A model generated the notes under the pieces. That model saw nothing but the letters and a program-made list of their open reading frames with translations. It did no database searches and was not told the DNA's origin. Positions 1-9,531 of a DNA stretch of 64,000 nucleotides are shown here, piece after piece. A program made the position numbers and the translations under genes. The first letter of the stretch is position 1; the number at the start of each line of letters is the position of its first letter. Source of the DNA: Microgenomates group bacterium GW2011_GWC1_46_15 (GTDB lineage: Bacteria > Patescibacteriota > Microgenomatia > UBA1400 > UBA12028). Location: contig LCLX01000003.1 of the NCBI GenBank assembly GCA_001002285.1, positions 2,560 through 66,559 on the forward strand, given 5' to 3'.

Positions 1-1
1 C

Positions 2-2569
2 ACCCTTCAACCAAAAAATATTGGTGTCGACTTCTGGGTTTATCCTACCTACAACACCACCACCGGAGATTGGAAAGGTATTATCACTGGTCCCTACGGT
101 AATGGTTATAGCAATAGTTGGCGCGTTCTGGATTACAACAAAGGAATTATTTTCCAAGTCAATGTCGGAGACGCAGCTCCAATAGTTTGCACCACTAGTG
201 CTTCCACTGTCCCCAGAAACACATGGTCACACATCGCCGCTTCCTATGACCAACAAAATCTGCGCGTTTTTATCAACGGAGTTCAACAATGTTCCACGGC
301 CGAAACCAGAGCCATCAACTACACCACATCAAGCACAATGTATCTTGGATTTGCACAATTTTATTTTCAGGGGAAACTCGATGATATTAGATTCTACAAC
401 TACGCCCGCACGCAAAAACAAATCGTTGAGGATATGAACGCAGGACACCCCGTTGGTGGCTCCCCCGTTGGCTCCCAAGTAGGCTACTGGAAATTCGACG
501 AAGGATACGGGGCAACAACTTTTAACTCTGGCAATGGGACAGGTTTAAATGGCACTATTACTGGAGCCGCATGGAGTAATAATGGAAAATTTGGAAAATC
601 TTTAGCGTTTGTCAACGGTTCAAATACTATCGTTAGCGTAAACGATAATGATGCCCTCGATATAAGAACTGGGGGTATGACCTTATCGGCCTGGATTAAA
701 ACTTCGGCTACTGGGGTTATCCAAAATATTATTAGAAAAGATAACGGAGCTGGTTTGAGTGGGTATATTTTTAGGATCGAAACCGATAATCGCCTAAGAA
801 TTTCATACAGCGATGCAGATAGTTCTGCAACTTCTTATGCCGCTGCCGGAGCAGTCACCGATGGTGCTTGGCATTACGTCGCAGCAGTCTATGACAGAGA
901 CCTAGATATGCAGTATCTCTATGTGGATGGAAAACAGGTCGATTCCGATGATCCTAATATTTCGGGGGATGTCAACAACACCACAGCATTCAGAATTGGT
1001 ATGTCCTCTGCTACATCTGAAGCATTTTCTGGCCTTATTGATGAAGTAAAAGTTTACAACTCTGCGCTCACTGCCGACGAAATAAAGCTCGATATGAACC
1101 GCGGTTCGGTAATGGTTTTGGGAACTTTTTCTGATACTTCACAGCTCACTGGTGGTTCGGTTGCCTCTTCCTCTGCCCAAGCTGCCTACTGCATCCTCGG
1201 CGATACTGCGACTTGTTCTGCCCCTATTGGTGAATGGAACCTAGAAGAAAAGACTGGAACAACAGCGAATGACTCTTCGGGTAACGGAAATACAGGAACT
1301 CTCACCAATAATCCAACGTGGTCAACTGGTAAATTTGGATCAGGGATTAATTTCAGCAACAATTATGTAACCTCTCCAATTGCAAATGAAGCTAATTTTG
1401 ATTTCACTTCAGACTTTACTGTTTCTGGTTGGATCAATGTTGATCCCACAAACAGCACTAGCTATAGAGGAGTTCTTGGAAAATATAATAATGATTCCAC
1501 CGGTTGGGACCTTGGAGTACAAAGTGACGGTTTGCGTATGGACATAAGAGGATCATCAACTATAGACGCTGGCCCCTCAGGAACACTTGGAACAAATACC
1601 TGGAAACATTTCGGGATTGTAAACACAACAACATCCATAAAAATATACATCGATGGAGTGTTGGTAAATACAACCAATGGAACATGGACAAGTACAACAA
1701 ATAATAACGCTTTTACATTCGGCAACCGAGGTATATCTGGTACTACTGGTTTTATTGGTAAATTAGATAACATAAGAGTTTTCAACTATGCCCGCACACC
1801 AGCCCAAATCGCATGGGACTATAACCGCAGTGGACCTGTGGGATACTGGAAATTCGATGAATGCCAAGGGTCTACTCTCAATGATTCCTCAGGTAATGGG
1901 AACGCTGGCACTTGGAATGGCACAGGTGGTGGCACACAAACCGCCGTGGGCACGTGTACGACAGCAAGTACTGCCTGGGGTAATGGCGCAACCGGTAAAT
2001 TTAATAGCAGTCTCAACTTCGACGGCTCTGATGATTATGTACAGCTTGCACATACTGCCAGCCCAAATCCATCAACCCAACTTACGGTCTCTGCCTGGAT
2101 AAAAGTTGCTAGCCTTGCCAATGCAACAAATTACAACATCTTCGTCAAACAAACTTGGGCAAGTAAACTCGGATTCCGGCTTGGACTTGGGGGGTATGGT
2201 GCATGTGCTAGTCTTAATTGTCTGTTCTTGGGAGTTGGAGATGGTGTTACTCTCACTGAAACTACTACTTCGGGTGTTAATCTCACCGATACCGGCGCCT
2301 GGCACCATGTCGTGGGAACTTTTTCTTCCGGAGCGATTAAGCTTTATGTCGATGGAAATCAACGATATAATACAACATCTGCAGTGACTTCTATTGTGAA
2401 TGACGCTGTCGCGGGACGCATCGGTCGCCATTCCACTGGAGCAGAATATTTTCCCGGTCAGATTGACGATGTGCGGGTTTTCAACTACGCCCTCACCGCT
2501 ACTCAGGTCAAACAATTATATAACGGCGGATCGGGAGTGCAGTTTGCCCCATTAACAGGAAGCCCGTAA
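2..2569 (+). CDS. Multi-LamG (concanavalin A-like jelly-roll) domain surface protein, 5'-truncated by the window edge
   Basis: The frame of ORF 338..2569 is open back to position 2 (TLQPKNIGVDFWVYP...). It has repeated LamG_3-like units: GYWKFDE...DSSGNGN.GT, T.SAWI, WH.V, LYVDG, F.G.ID.VR.YN.AL. Confidence 0.88.
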   Translation, partial: TLQPKNIGVDFWVYPTYNTTTGDWKGIITGPYGNGYSNSWRVLDYNKGIIFQVNVGDAAPIVCTTSASTVPRNTWSHIAASYDQQNLRVFINGVQQCSTAETRAINYTTSSTMYLGFAQFYFQGKLDDIRFYNYARTQKQIVEDMNAGHPVGGSPVGSQVGYWKFDEGYGATTFNSGNGTGLNGTITGAAWSNNGKFGKSLAFVNGSNTIVSVNDNDALDIRTGGMTLSAWIKTSATGVIQNIIRKDNGAGLSGYIFRIETDNRLRISYSDADSSATSYAAAGAVTDGAWHYVAAVYDRDLDMQYLYVDGKQVDSDDPNISGDVNNTTAFRIGMSSATSEAFSGLIDEVKVYNSALTADEIKLDMNRGSVMVLGTFSDTSQLTGGSVASSSAQAAYCILGDTATCSAPIGEWNLEEKTGTTANDSSGNGNTGTLTNNPTWSTGKFGSGINFSNNYVTSPIANEANFDFTSDFTVSGWINVDPTNSTSYRGVLGKYNNDSTGWDLGVQSDGLRMDIRGSSTIDAGPSGTLGTNTWKHFGIVNTTTSIKIYIDGVLVNTTNGTWTSTTNNNAFTFGNRGISGTTGFIGKLDNIRVFNYARTPAQIAWDYNRSGPVGYWKFDECQGSTLNDSSGNGNAGTWNGTGGGTQTAVGTCTTASTAWGNGATGKFNSSLNFDGSDDYVQLAHTASPNPSTQLTVSAWIKVASLANATNYNIFVKQTWASKLGFRLGLGGYGACASLNCLFLGVGDGVTLTETTTSGVNLTDTGAWHHVVGTFSSGAIKLYVDGNQRYNTTSAVTSIVNDAVAGRIGRHSTGAEYFPGQIDDVRVFNYALTATQVKQLYNGGSGVQFAPLTGSP

Positions 2570-2613
2570 CATCCTTGCACAAAAAGTGAGAATCTCGTTT
2601 CGCGAACATACTT

Positions 2614-2880
2614 TCATTGTTGCTTAGTAAAACTTGTGGTTCCGCAGTGTTTATATAAACAAACTATATTGTCAGAAATCAATTCTATACATTTGGTCGC
2701 AATAGATTTTTGCTGAATCAGGAAGTATCCATTCCACAACGGGAAAGCATGGGGAAGTTCACATGGATGGCATAATATTCTTTCGGGACATACGAAAGAA
2801 CAGTTAAGTTTATATATACGGGGAATAGGAATCAAAAGAATAGTCAATATAATTAAGATGAATAAGTATTTTTTGTTCAT
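2614..2880 (-). CDS. Small hypothetical secreted or membrane-anchored Cys-rich protein
   Basis: 88 aa with a basic N-terminus, a hydrophobic signal-like stretch and several Cys; AT-rich; directly downstream of tRNA-Pro. Confidence 0.5.
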   Translation of the reverse strand: MNKKYLFILIILTILLIPIPRIYKLNCSFVCPERILCHPCELPHAFPLWNGYFLIQQKSIATKCIELISDNIVCLYKHCGTTSFTKQQ

Positions 2881-2906
2881 TCTTTTCAGTTATTTATGTA
2901 TCTTTG

Positions 2907-2979
2907 TCGGGGTGCGCGGACTCGAACCGCGGGCCTCATCGTCCCGAACGATGCGCGCTACCAACTGCGCTACACCCCG
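2907..2979 (-). tRNA. tRNA-Pro(CGG)
   Basis: Minus strand reads CGGGGTGTAGCGCAGTTGGTAGCGCGCATCGTT-CGG-GACGATGAGGCCCGCGGTTCGAGTCCGCGCACCCCGA. Cloverleaf folds; CCA not encoded. Confidence 0.95.
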
Positions 2980-3038
2980 CCATATCGCGCATTTTACATA
3001 CTCCGTGCGCTCTCAATATTCTGCGCGCTGTTTCTTCG

Positions 3039-3509
3039 CTACTTCCCTAGTTCTTCTTTTGAGTAGACTAAACAATCAACGCCGCTTTCGTATGCAAAAA
3101 TTTCACCTTGTGCAAAAAGCAGGTTGCGTTCTTTTTTCGCATTTTCAACGCTGTCAGAAGCATGGATAAGGTTGTTGGACTGACTCATGGCAAAATCACC
3201 ACGGATTGAACCCGCTTCGGCTTCACGACCCTTTGTAAGGCCAACCAGTTTGCGGATCGTGTCAACCGCGTCCAACCCCTCCCACACCATCGCAATGATT
3301 GGTGTTTGCATCATGAATGCTTTGAGTCCGCTAAAAAATGGTTTTTCTTTGTGGTGCGCGTACCACTGGTCAAGTACGTCATGGCTCAACGTTGTCATTT
3401 TAAGCGCAACTAATTTTAATCCTTTGCGTTCAAATCGCGCGATGATTTCGCCGATTAGTCCGCGTTGTAGTCCATCTGGTTTTACGAGAACAACTGATTG
3501 TTGCATCAT
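3039..3509 (-). CDS. ndk: Nucleoside-diphosphate kinase
   Basis: Motifs VLVKPDGLQRGLIGEII, GSIRGDF and NLIHASDS (catalytic His). Confidence 0.97.
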   Translation of the reverse strand: MMQQSVVLVKPDGLQRGLIGEIIARFERKGLKLVALKMTTLSHDVLDQWYAHHKEKPFFSGLKAFMMQTPIIAMVWEGLDAVDTIRKLVGLTKGREAEAGSIRGDFAMSQSNNLIHASDSVENAKKERNLLFAQGEIFAYESGVDCLVYSKEELGK

Positions 3510-3610
3510 ATGTCACTCCTTTACGTATGTTTGTTATGCCTGTGGGTATTCTATCGCACAATACTGAAATTGTCAGGTGTCCTGTTTGATGCTGCACGAC
3601 CATCGTATAG

Positions 3611-3673
3611 AAAGCTTCGCCAATCGGTGAGGCTTTTTGTTTCTAAAGAGAGTCCCCGAAGGGGGCTTTTTTT
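3611..3673 (+). terminator. Two tandem hairpins with T-tails (intrinsic-terminator-like)
   Basis: AAAGCTTCGCC-AATC-GGTGAGGCTTTTT and AGAGTCCCC-GAA-GGGGGCTTTTTTT. Confidence 0.55.
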
Positions 3674-3728
3674 ATACCAATTTTCCTTTCGTTTGGTGTT
3701 TGTACGATTTGAGTGAGAAAATAAAAAA

Positions 3729-3947
3729 ATGACAAAAGAAATACTCACGCAGAAAAAATTATTTGCATCGTACCTGTTTGATCTCAGCAAGATTGTCTTT
3801 ACAACATTCGTGATTGGTGGCATTATCAACTATAATAAGATTGGATTTTTATATATCCTTATTGGATTTCCAACATTCATCGGTTTGGCAATGTGGGCAA
3901 GATATGTAGTAAAAATGCGCATACAACAAAGAAAGGATGATATATGA
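3729..3947 (+). CDS. Small two-TM membrane protein (DUF6722-like by resemblance)
   Basis: 72 aa, SYLFDLSKIVFTTFVIGG followed by a second hydrophobic helix; resembles ORF 40944..41183. Confidence 0.65.
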   Translation: MTKEILTQKKLFASYLFDLSKIVFTTFVIGGIINYNKIGFLYILIGFPTFIGLAMWARYVVKMRIQQRKDDI

Positions 3948-4117
3948 CATTTACTGCAAAAGCATATGAACTTCTAAGTAATTCTGGCGTTCAGACAATG
4001 ATAGGTATTTATGTTAGCCTCATCATTCTCGCAAAATCGGACGACATTATTGATACATTTTCGCGGTGGAAACATGCGTTAATAAAAAGAAAAGATACGC
4101 GGAAAATTTCATCATAA
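3944..4117 (+). CDS. Small single-TM protein, 57 aa (not in the ORF track)
   Basis: ATGA overlap with the upstream stop, AAGGA upstream; MTFTAKAYELLSNSGVQTMIGIYVSLIILAKSDD...KISS. Confidence 0.55.
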   Translation: MTFTAKAYELLSNSGVQTMIGIYVSLIILAKSDDIIDTFSRWKHALIKRKDTRKISS

Positions 4118-4140
4118 AGTGTGGCGGCACAAAAAATAGC

Positions 4141-5511
4141 TTACCCCATCACTAGTTTTTCAAACTTTTCTTGTTCTTCAAATGGGCCGATCATGACAAA
4201 ATAGAGCCGTTTTTCATCAATGAGTTTTTTTGCGATTGCGCGCACGTCAGTCAGCTGAACTGCGCGGATTTTTTCCAACTCTTCTTCAACCGTTTCAGTT
4301 TTCCCCGTCAATAACTGTGTTGCACCATAGTGGCTCGCAACAGTTTTTGTGTCTTCCATATCCAAAATGGTCGAACCGGTCATGTAATCTTTTGCACGCT
4401 GCAACTCAATTTCAGTAATCACACGCGGTCCTTGTGTGTCCAACAAGTGGAAAAATTCTTCACGGACCACACGAATTGCCTCCTCCACCCGTGTCGGATC
4501 AACGCCAGCTGAAGCGCCAAACACGCCGGTGTCGTGATAATAATCGAGATCACTGCGGACGTAGTAACACAACCCGCGTTTTTCGCGGACCTCGGTAAAC
4601 AACCGCGAACTCATGTTGCCGCCAAAAATTGCGGCCAATACTTGCAACGCGTACCGTTGCGGATCGGTGCGCGTAATTCCGGGAACGGCCATAATAAAAT
4701 GCGCCTGATCGGTTTTCTTGTACTCAACTTTTACGCGTTCGCCGGTAAATAATGTTTTCGTGAATGTTTTCAGTGCCCGTTCACCGCCATTTTTCCGATT
4801 ACTCGTATCACTTTTTTTAGAAAACGCGCGCTCAATGTCGTGCACAATACTATCGCCACCCACAATAGTTGCGTCACCAGCAACCGTGAGCACAACGTTG
4901 CCCAATCCATACCACTCTTTCACGTATGCGACAAAATCCTCGCGGCTCAATCCGCGCACCGTTTCTTTTGTTCCAATGATGTCGCGGCCCAGTGGACTGC
5001 CGGCAAATAACACTTGTTCAAAAATATCGCCGATGTGCCGCATGGGCGTGTCGTTGTACATGTTGATTTCTTCAACAATCACGCCTTTTTCGCGTTCCAA
5101 ATCATCTTTACGGAGTGTTGGTGTAAGCAACATGTCCGAAACCACATCAACGGCCAACGGCATGTGCTCGCTCGCGGCTTTTACGTAGTATCCCGTGTAC
5201 TCTTTTGATGTAAACGCGTTGAACTCCGCGCCCACCGCGTCAACCGCCGCCGCTAAATCCTGCGCGGTCGGATATTTTTCCGTTCCTTTAAACACCATGT
5301 GTTCTAAAAAGTGCGAGATGCCACCCCACGCTGGTTTTTCATATCGCGAGCCGGTGTTCACCAATGCCAAAACCGTAACCGACTGCACGCCTTTCATGGG
5401 AATCCGCAAAAGTGTGAGTCCATTTGACAACATGTTTTTGAAATACAGAGAGGATGAGGAGTGTGATGAACCGCGTTTAGAAGTTTTTGCTACCGTTTTT
5501 ACTGCTGCCAT
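4141..5511 (-). CDS. M16 (pitrilysin) family zinc peptidase
   Basis: Inverted zincin motif HFLEH (GISHFLEHMVFKGT), NAFTSKEYT and SSRLFTEVREKRGLCY. Confidence 0.95.
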   Translation of the reverse strand: MAAVKTVAKTSKRGSSHSSSSLYFKNMLSNGLTLLRIPMKGVQSVTVLALVNTGSRYEKPAWGGISHFLEHMVFKGTEKYPTAQDLAAAVDAVGAEFNAFTSKEYTGYYVKAASEHMPLAVDVVSDMLLTPTLRKDDLEREKGVIVEEINMYNDTPMRHIGDIFEQVLFAGSPLGRDIIGTKETVRGLSREDFVAYVKEWYGLGNVVLTVAGDATIVGGDSIVHDIERAFSKKSDTSNRKNGGERALKTFTKTLFTGERVKVEYKKTDQAHFIMAVPGITRTDPQRYALQVLAAIFGGNMSSRLFTEVREKRGLCYYVRSDLDYYHDTGVFGASAGVDPTRVEEAIRVVREEFFHLLDTQGPRVITEIELQRAKDYMTGSTILDMEDTKTVASHYGATQLLTGKTETVEEELEKIRAVQLTDVRAIAKKLIDEKRLYFVMIGPFEEQEKFEKLVMG

Positions 5512-5547
5512 GCGAAGGATTGTACCATGCCGTAGTACAATTGGCGC
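5512..5547. promoter_or_regulatory. Back-to-back leaderless -10 promoters
   Basis: Minus-strand TACAAT (5519-5524) lies 7 nt before the M16 ATG. Plus-strand TACAAT (5536-5541) lies 6 nt before ATG 5548. No Shine-Dalgarno on either side. Confidence 0.7.
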
Positions 5548-6795
5548 ATGCGATTCCGTTCAACAACACTTCAACTTATACTCTTTTGCGCCGTTCTCTT
5601 TCTCCTTCCCACCAACCTTTTTTTGAAGTTCGTGCTTCCCAGTTCATATGTAAGTGGAACGCTTGTTGACTACCTCATTCCAAAATTTTACCTTTCCGAT
5701 ATTCCAATCCTGCTTTTATTCATCACCTGGATATACGAAAAAAGAAACATGGTGTTTTCTTTCCGACAACTCCGCGCGCTTCTTCACCGGCACTCTTGCA
5801 TCGCGCTCATCTCGGCGTTTGCTCTTATTCACGTCTTCACCCATCTCGACACACCGTCGCTTCCCGCAACGGTGTGGTTTATCGCAAAGCTTGTTGAAGT
5901 GTGGCTTTTGGGAACATGGATCACCGAACACCCACCGCTCACTCGGAATAAGGCAGTTTTTTTCGTACTCATCGCGACGATTCTTTTCCAGTCTTCCCTT
6001 GCGCTCTATCAGTACCGCACACAACGGTCGTTTTTCGGCTATCTCTTTCTCGGAGAAGCAAGGCTTGACCATAACCCGATTGTTGCGAAAACAAAATACC
6101 CTGGGAGCGTACAGATCCTTCCGTATGGAACGACCCCGCACCCCAATGTGCTGGCCGGTGTCATTGTTGGTTACCTCGTTTTGCTTTGGGCGCTCTTTCC
6201 AAAAACACGCTGGACGGCTGTTGCAACTATTTTTGGGGGAATCATTGTTCTTCTCACCGAATCAACCACAGCGTTTGCCGCAGGTATACTTCCTGTTGCG
6301 CTTTTTCTCTACTGGAAATATGTTCCGTATGTTAAATCAAAACTCCCATCTCCTCTTTTCATCATTATTCTTTTTTCTATACTCGCCAGCGCACTTCTTT
6401 TCTTTTTCCCGCAAGACACATCGTTTCTCCGCAGAAAACAGCTCGAAATCATTGCGCTTCGTATGTTTCAGGCCCATCCGCTTTTTGGCGCCGGTCTCAA
6501 TCAGTTCACAACACAGGTAGAGTGGTTTGGATACGTAAGTTCAACAGTGCGTTTCCTTCAACCAACGCATAATGTGGCACTTTTGTGGCTTGCTGAAACC
6601 GGAATTTCCGGCATGTTGTTTATTGCTCTTTTCGTATACATCGCACATAAAAAATACTCACTGCGTTTGCCGGTTGCGATGTTTATACTTTTTTCCCTTG
6701 CCCCAATTTTTACTCTGGATCATTATCTGTATTCGCTTCAAGCAGGACAACTTTTATCCGCAATATTGATTGGAGTTTCGCTAAAGAAAAAGTGA
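5548..6795 (+). CDS. O-antigen ligase (Wzy_C) family membrane protein
   Basis: About 11-12 TM segments with motifs YGTTPHPNVLAG, HPLFGAGLNQF and PTHNVALLWLAETG. Confidence 0.85.
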   Translation: MRFRSTTLQLILFCAVLFLLPTNLFLKFVLPSSYVSGTLVDYLIPKFYLSDIPILLLFITWIYEKRNMVFSFRQLRALLHRHSCIALISAFALIHVFTHLDTPSLPATVWFIAKLVEVWLLGTWITEHPPLTRNKAVFFVLIATILFQSSLALYQYRTQRSFFGYLFLGEARLDHNPIVAKTKYPGSVQILPYGTTPHPNVLAGVIVGYLVLLWALFPKTRWTAVATIFGGIIVLLTESTTAFAAGILPVALFLYWKYVPYVKSKLPSPLFIIILFSILASALLFFFPQDTSFLRRKQLEIIALRMFQAHPLFGAGLNQFTTQVEWFGYVSSTVRFLQPTHNVALLWLAETGISGMLFIALFVYIAHKKYSLRLPVAMFILFSLAPIFTLDHYLYSLQAGQLLSAILIGVSLKKK

Positions 6796-6803
6796 AAAAG
6801 AAG

Positions 6804-8540
6804 TTACATTTTTTCCGGCGCGATAATGCCCAACACCTTCAAACCGTTCCGCAAAACAACCGCGGTTGCTTCTGTCAGTGATAATCGGTACGCTTCGTGC
6901 TCGCCGGAACCCACAATTTTCCTGCTGTTGTAGAATGTGTTGAACTCCTGCGCCAACGCAAAAAGATACGTGCAGATGTGGTGCGGTGCGTATTCCTCCG
7001 TGGACCGCGCAACAATTTCGGGGAACTGATCGAGCATATACTCAAGCGCTCCGGGCTTCCCCGCCTCCATCGTTTGTGTCGGCACACTTCCTGCGTTTTT
7101 CACACTCCCCGCTTTCGCGCCCTTCGCACCTCCCGCCTTTTTGAGCACTGACTTTGCCCGCGCGTACGTGTATTGAAGATACGGCCCCGAGTTTCCTTTC
7201 AGATTCACGACCTCATCCCAATCAAACAACACATCCTTAATCGTTTCCCGTTTGAGATCGTTGTACTTGAGCGCTCCAAGTCCAACCTCTTCCGCGGTTT
7301 TGGGGTTAAACGTGGACGCACGCTTGACCGCCTCGGCCAACACGTCCTCCAACCAAATCGTGTTTCCCTTGCGCGTACTCATCTTCCCTTCTTTGAATCG
7401 AATCATGCCGTGCGCAACGTGCTTCCGCTGTGCTTTTTTGCAGTACCCAACCATCTCTTCGGCCTCGTAGAGTTGGTGGAAGTACAGACTCTGTTCCGCG
7501 CCCACCTCATTGACAATCAAAATATCCTTCCCCCACTTCCCTATGCGGTACTTGTCGGTTGCAAAGTCGCGGGTCGCATACAGCGTTGCGCCGTCTTTTT
7601 TGCGGAGCATGAGCGGTGGATATTTGTCGCCCGGGTAGAAAATCAGCAATGCCCCCTGGCTCTCTTTTGCAATACCGGACTGTGTGAAATCCGCAATCAC
7701 CTCATCCATCTTGTCTTCAAAGAAACTTTCGCCCAGCATCATGTCAAATGAAACGCCCAGGCGCTTGTATATTGCGTTGAACTGCACCATGGACCAGTCA
7801 ATGCACTTCTTCCATAACCGCCGCGCTTCGGCATCGCCTTTTTCAAGTTTGGCAAACCACGCCCGCCCTTCATCCTCCAATGTTGGATCCTTTTCTGCTT
7901 CCGCGTGGAACTTCACGTACAACTCAACCAGCATGCGAACCGGCTGCTTGCTCCGTTCAATTGCGTTTTCGTCGCCCCATTTTTTCATCGCAACGATCTG
8001 TTTGCCGAACTGCGTACCCCAATCGCCTAAATGGTTATCACGGAGCACTGAGTAGCCGGAAAATGACATCATTCGCGCGATAGCGTCCCCAATGATCGTT
8101 GAGCGGAGATGGCCGATTGTGAAGGGTTTGGCGATGTTCGGCGAAGAAAACTCCACAATCACTGTCTTCCCCTTGCCCATGATCGAGTTTCCATACTTTT
8201 CGCCTTCTTTTCGTATTGTGGACAACATGTTTCCAAAGTATTTTTTTGAGAGATGAAAGTTAATAAACCCAGGACCAGCTATCTCAACTCTCTCAAGAAA
8301 ATCATATTTTTTATCTACAATGTGCTGAACAATTTTTGTCGCCAATTCGCGTGGTTTGGAATTCATTGCTTTGACGTTTGCCAATGCGGCATTTGTGGCA
8401 AAATCACCGTGTTCGCGGTTTGCGGGACGCTCTAAAACGACCATTGGATGGTCGGCACCCAACGTAGAAAGATACTTGGTGATGGTTGCGTGCAGCTGGT
8501 CACGCGCGGAAAGTAAAATCGGTACCGGTTTTGGGTTCAT
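6804..8540 (-). CDS. argS: Arginine--tRNA ligase
   Basis: VEFSSPNIAKPFTIGHLRS (HIGH-like), NHLGDWGTQFG, KMSTRKG and GPYLQYTYAR. Confidence 0.97.
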   Translation of the reverse strand: MNPKPVPILLSARDQLHATITKYLSTLGADHPMVVLERPANREHGDFATNAALANVKAMNSKPRELATKIVQHIVDKKYDFLERVEIAGPGFINFHLSKKYFGNMLSTIRKEGEKYGNSIMGKGKTVIVEFSSPNIAKPFTIGHLRSTIIGDAIARMMSFSGYSVLRDNHLGDWGTQFGKQIVAMKKWGDENAIERSKQPVRMLVELYVKFHAEAEKDPTLEDEGRAWFAKLEKGDAEARRLWKKCIDWSMVQFNAIYKRLGVSFDMMLGESFFEDKMDEVIADFTQSGIAKESQGALLIFYPGDKYPPLMLRKKDGATLYATRDFATDKYRIGKWGKDILIVNEVGAEQSLYFHQLYEAEEMVGYCKKAQRKHVAHGMIRFKEGKMSTRKGNTIWLEDVLAEAVKRASTFNPKTAEEVGLGALKYNDLKRETIKDVLFDWDEVVNLKGNSGPYLQYTYARAKSVLKKAGGAKGAKAGSVKNAGSVPTQTMEAGKPGALEYMLDQFPEIVARSTEEYAPHHICTYLFALAQEFNTFYNSRKIVGSGEHEAYRLSLTEATAVVLRNGLKVLGIIAPEKM

Positions 8541-9460
8541 AGTGATATCTTATGATACCATCCATCAGTTTGCCATACCCGCATTCCGTCCGTTTCCAGT
8601 TCAACTTCTCCATCGCGGTCGGTGCGGAAAATTCGTATATTCATTGCAGAAAGGAGATCCAATACGCGTTTTGTTGGATGCCCATAGCTGTTTTTCTTTC
8701 CAACGCTGATGAATGCAAGTTTTGGCCGAGTTTTCTCGAGGAACTCTTGAGAAGTAGAGTGCGTTGAGCCGTGATGCCCTACTTTTAACACCGTCACTGG
8801 CGTCAATTTTCCAGAGAAAATGAGGATTTGCTCTTGGGAAATCTCGAGATCGCCGGTAAACAAGGCACTAAAATCCCCAAATTCCAGCTTAATGACAATG
8901 GAGCAAGCATTTGTACTACTATACGTGGCATTCTGCCGATATTCGTTTTTACTTGATGTATCAGCATTATCACAATTTTCGCGTTGTTTCTGCTGTTCCG
9001 GAAGTCGTGGCGGCCAGACAATCAAAAAACGTTCTTTTTCGTATTGGAACATATCTCCCTCACTCGCTGTGGTTTCGTGTATATGACGCTCTGCAATCAA
9101 CTGCGTGAGTTCCGAAAAGACTTTAGTTTTGCTCATCATCCCATTTGTTATGATTTGATCTACTTTGTACTCTTTTATTACTGGTATGATACCAGAAATG
9201 TGATCCGCGTCAGGATGTGTTGCCACAATCCACTCAATGGTATGGTCAAATAGTGGCATGTGCATGCGAAGACAACCCAAAACTTTGTCGTTTGGGCCTC
9301 CATCTATGAGCATTTGAGTATTCTTATAGGTTATGAGGAGAGCATCTCCCTGTCCCACATCGCACATAATGACACGCAACTGGTCTTTTCCACCCTGCTT
9401 GAGTAAAATTACTGCTAGTAATGCGAATGTTACCCATATAAATATGTATTTTTTGTTCAT
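8537..9460 (-). CDS. ComEC-type metallo-beta-lactamase-fold nuclease domain protein (stand-alone C-terminal part of ComEC)
   Basis: DVGQGDA, THPDADH, LFTGD, KVGHHGS, NSYGHP and RTD..G motifs; N-terminal TM anchor. Confidence 0.92.
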   Translation of the reverse strand: MNKKYIFIWVTFALLAVILLKQGGKDQLRVIMCDVGQGDALLITYKNTQMLIDGGPNDKVLGCLRMHMPLFDHTIEWIVATHPDADHISGIIPVIKEYKVDQIITNGMMSKTKVFSELTQLIAERHIHETTASEGDMFQYEKERFLIVWPPRLPEQQKQRENCDNADTSSKNEYRQNATYSSTNACSIVIKLEFGDFSALFTGDLEISQEQILIFSGKLTPVTVLKVGHHGSTHSTSQEFLEKTRPKLAFISVGKKNSYGHPTKRVLDLLSAMNIRIFRTDRDGEVELETDGMRVWQTDGWYHKISL

Positions 9461-9531
9461 GTATCCCTGTTATATGTCTGTTAAGAGATATAAGCACTCT
9501 ATATTATTGAGTGCTAACTCTTCTTTTTTCT

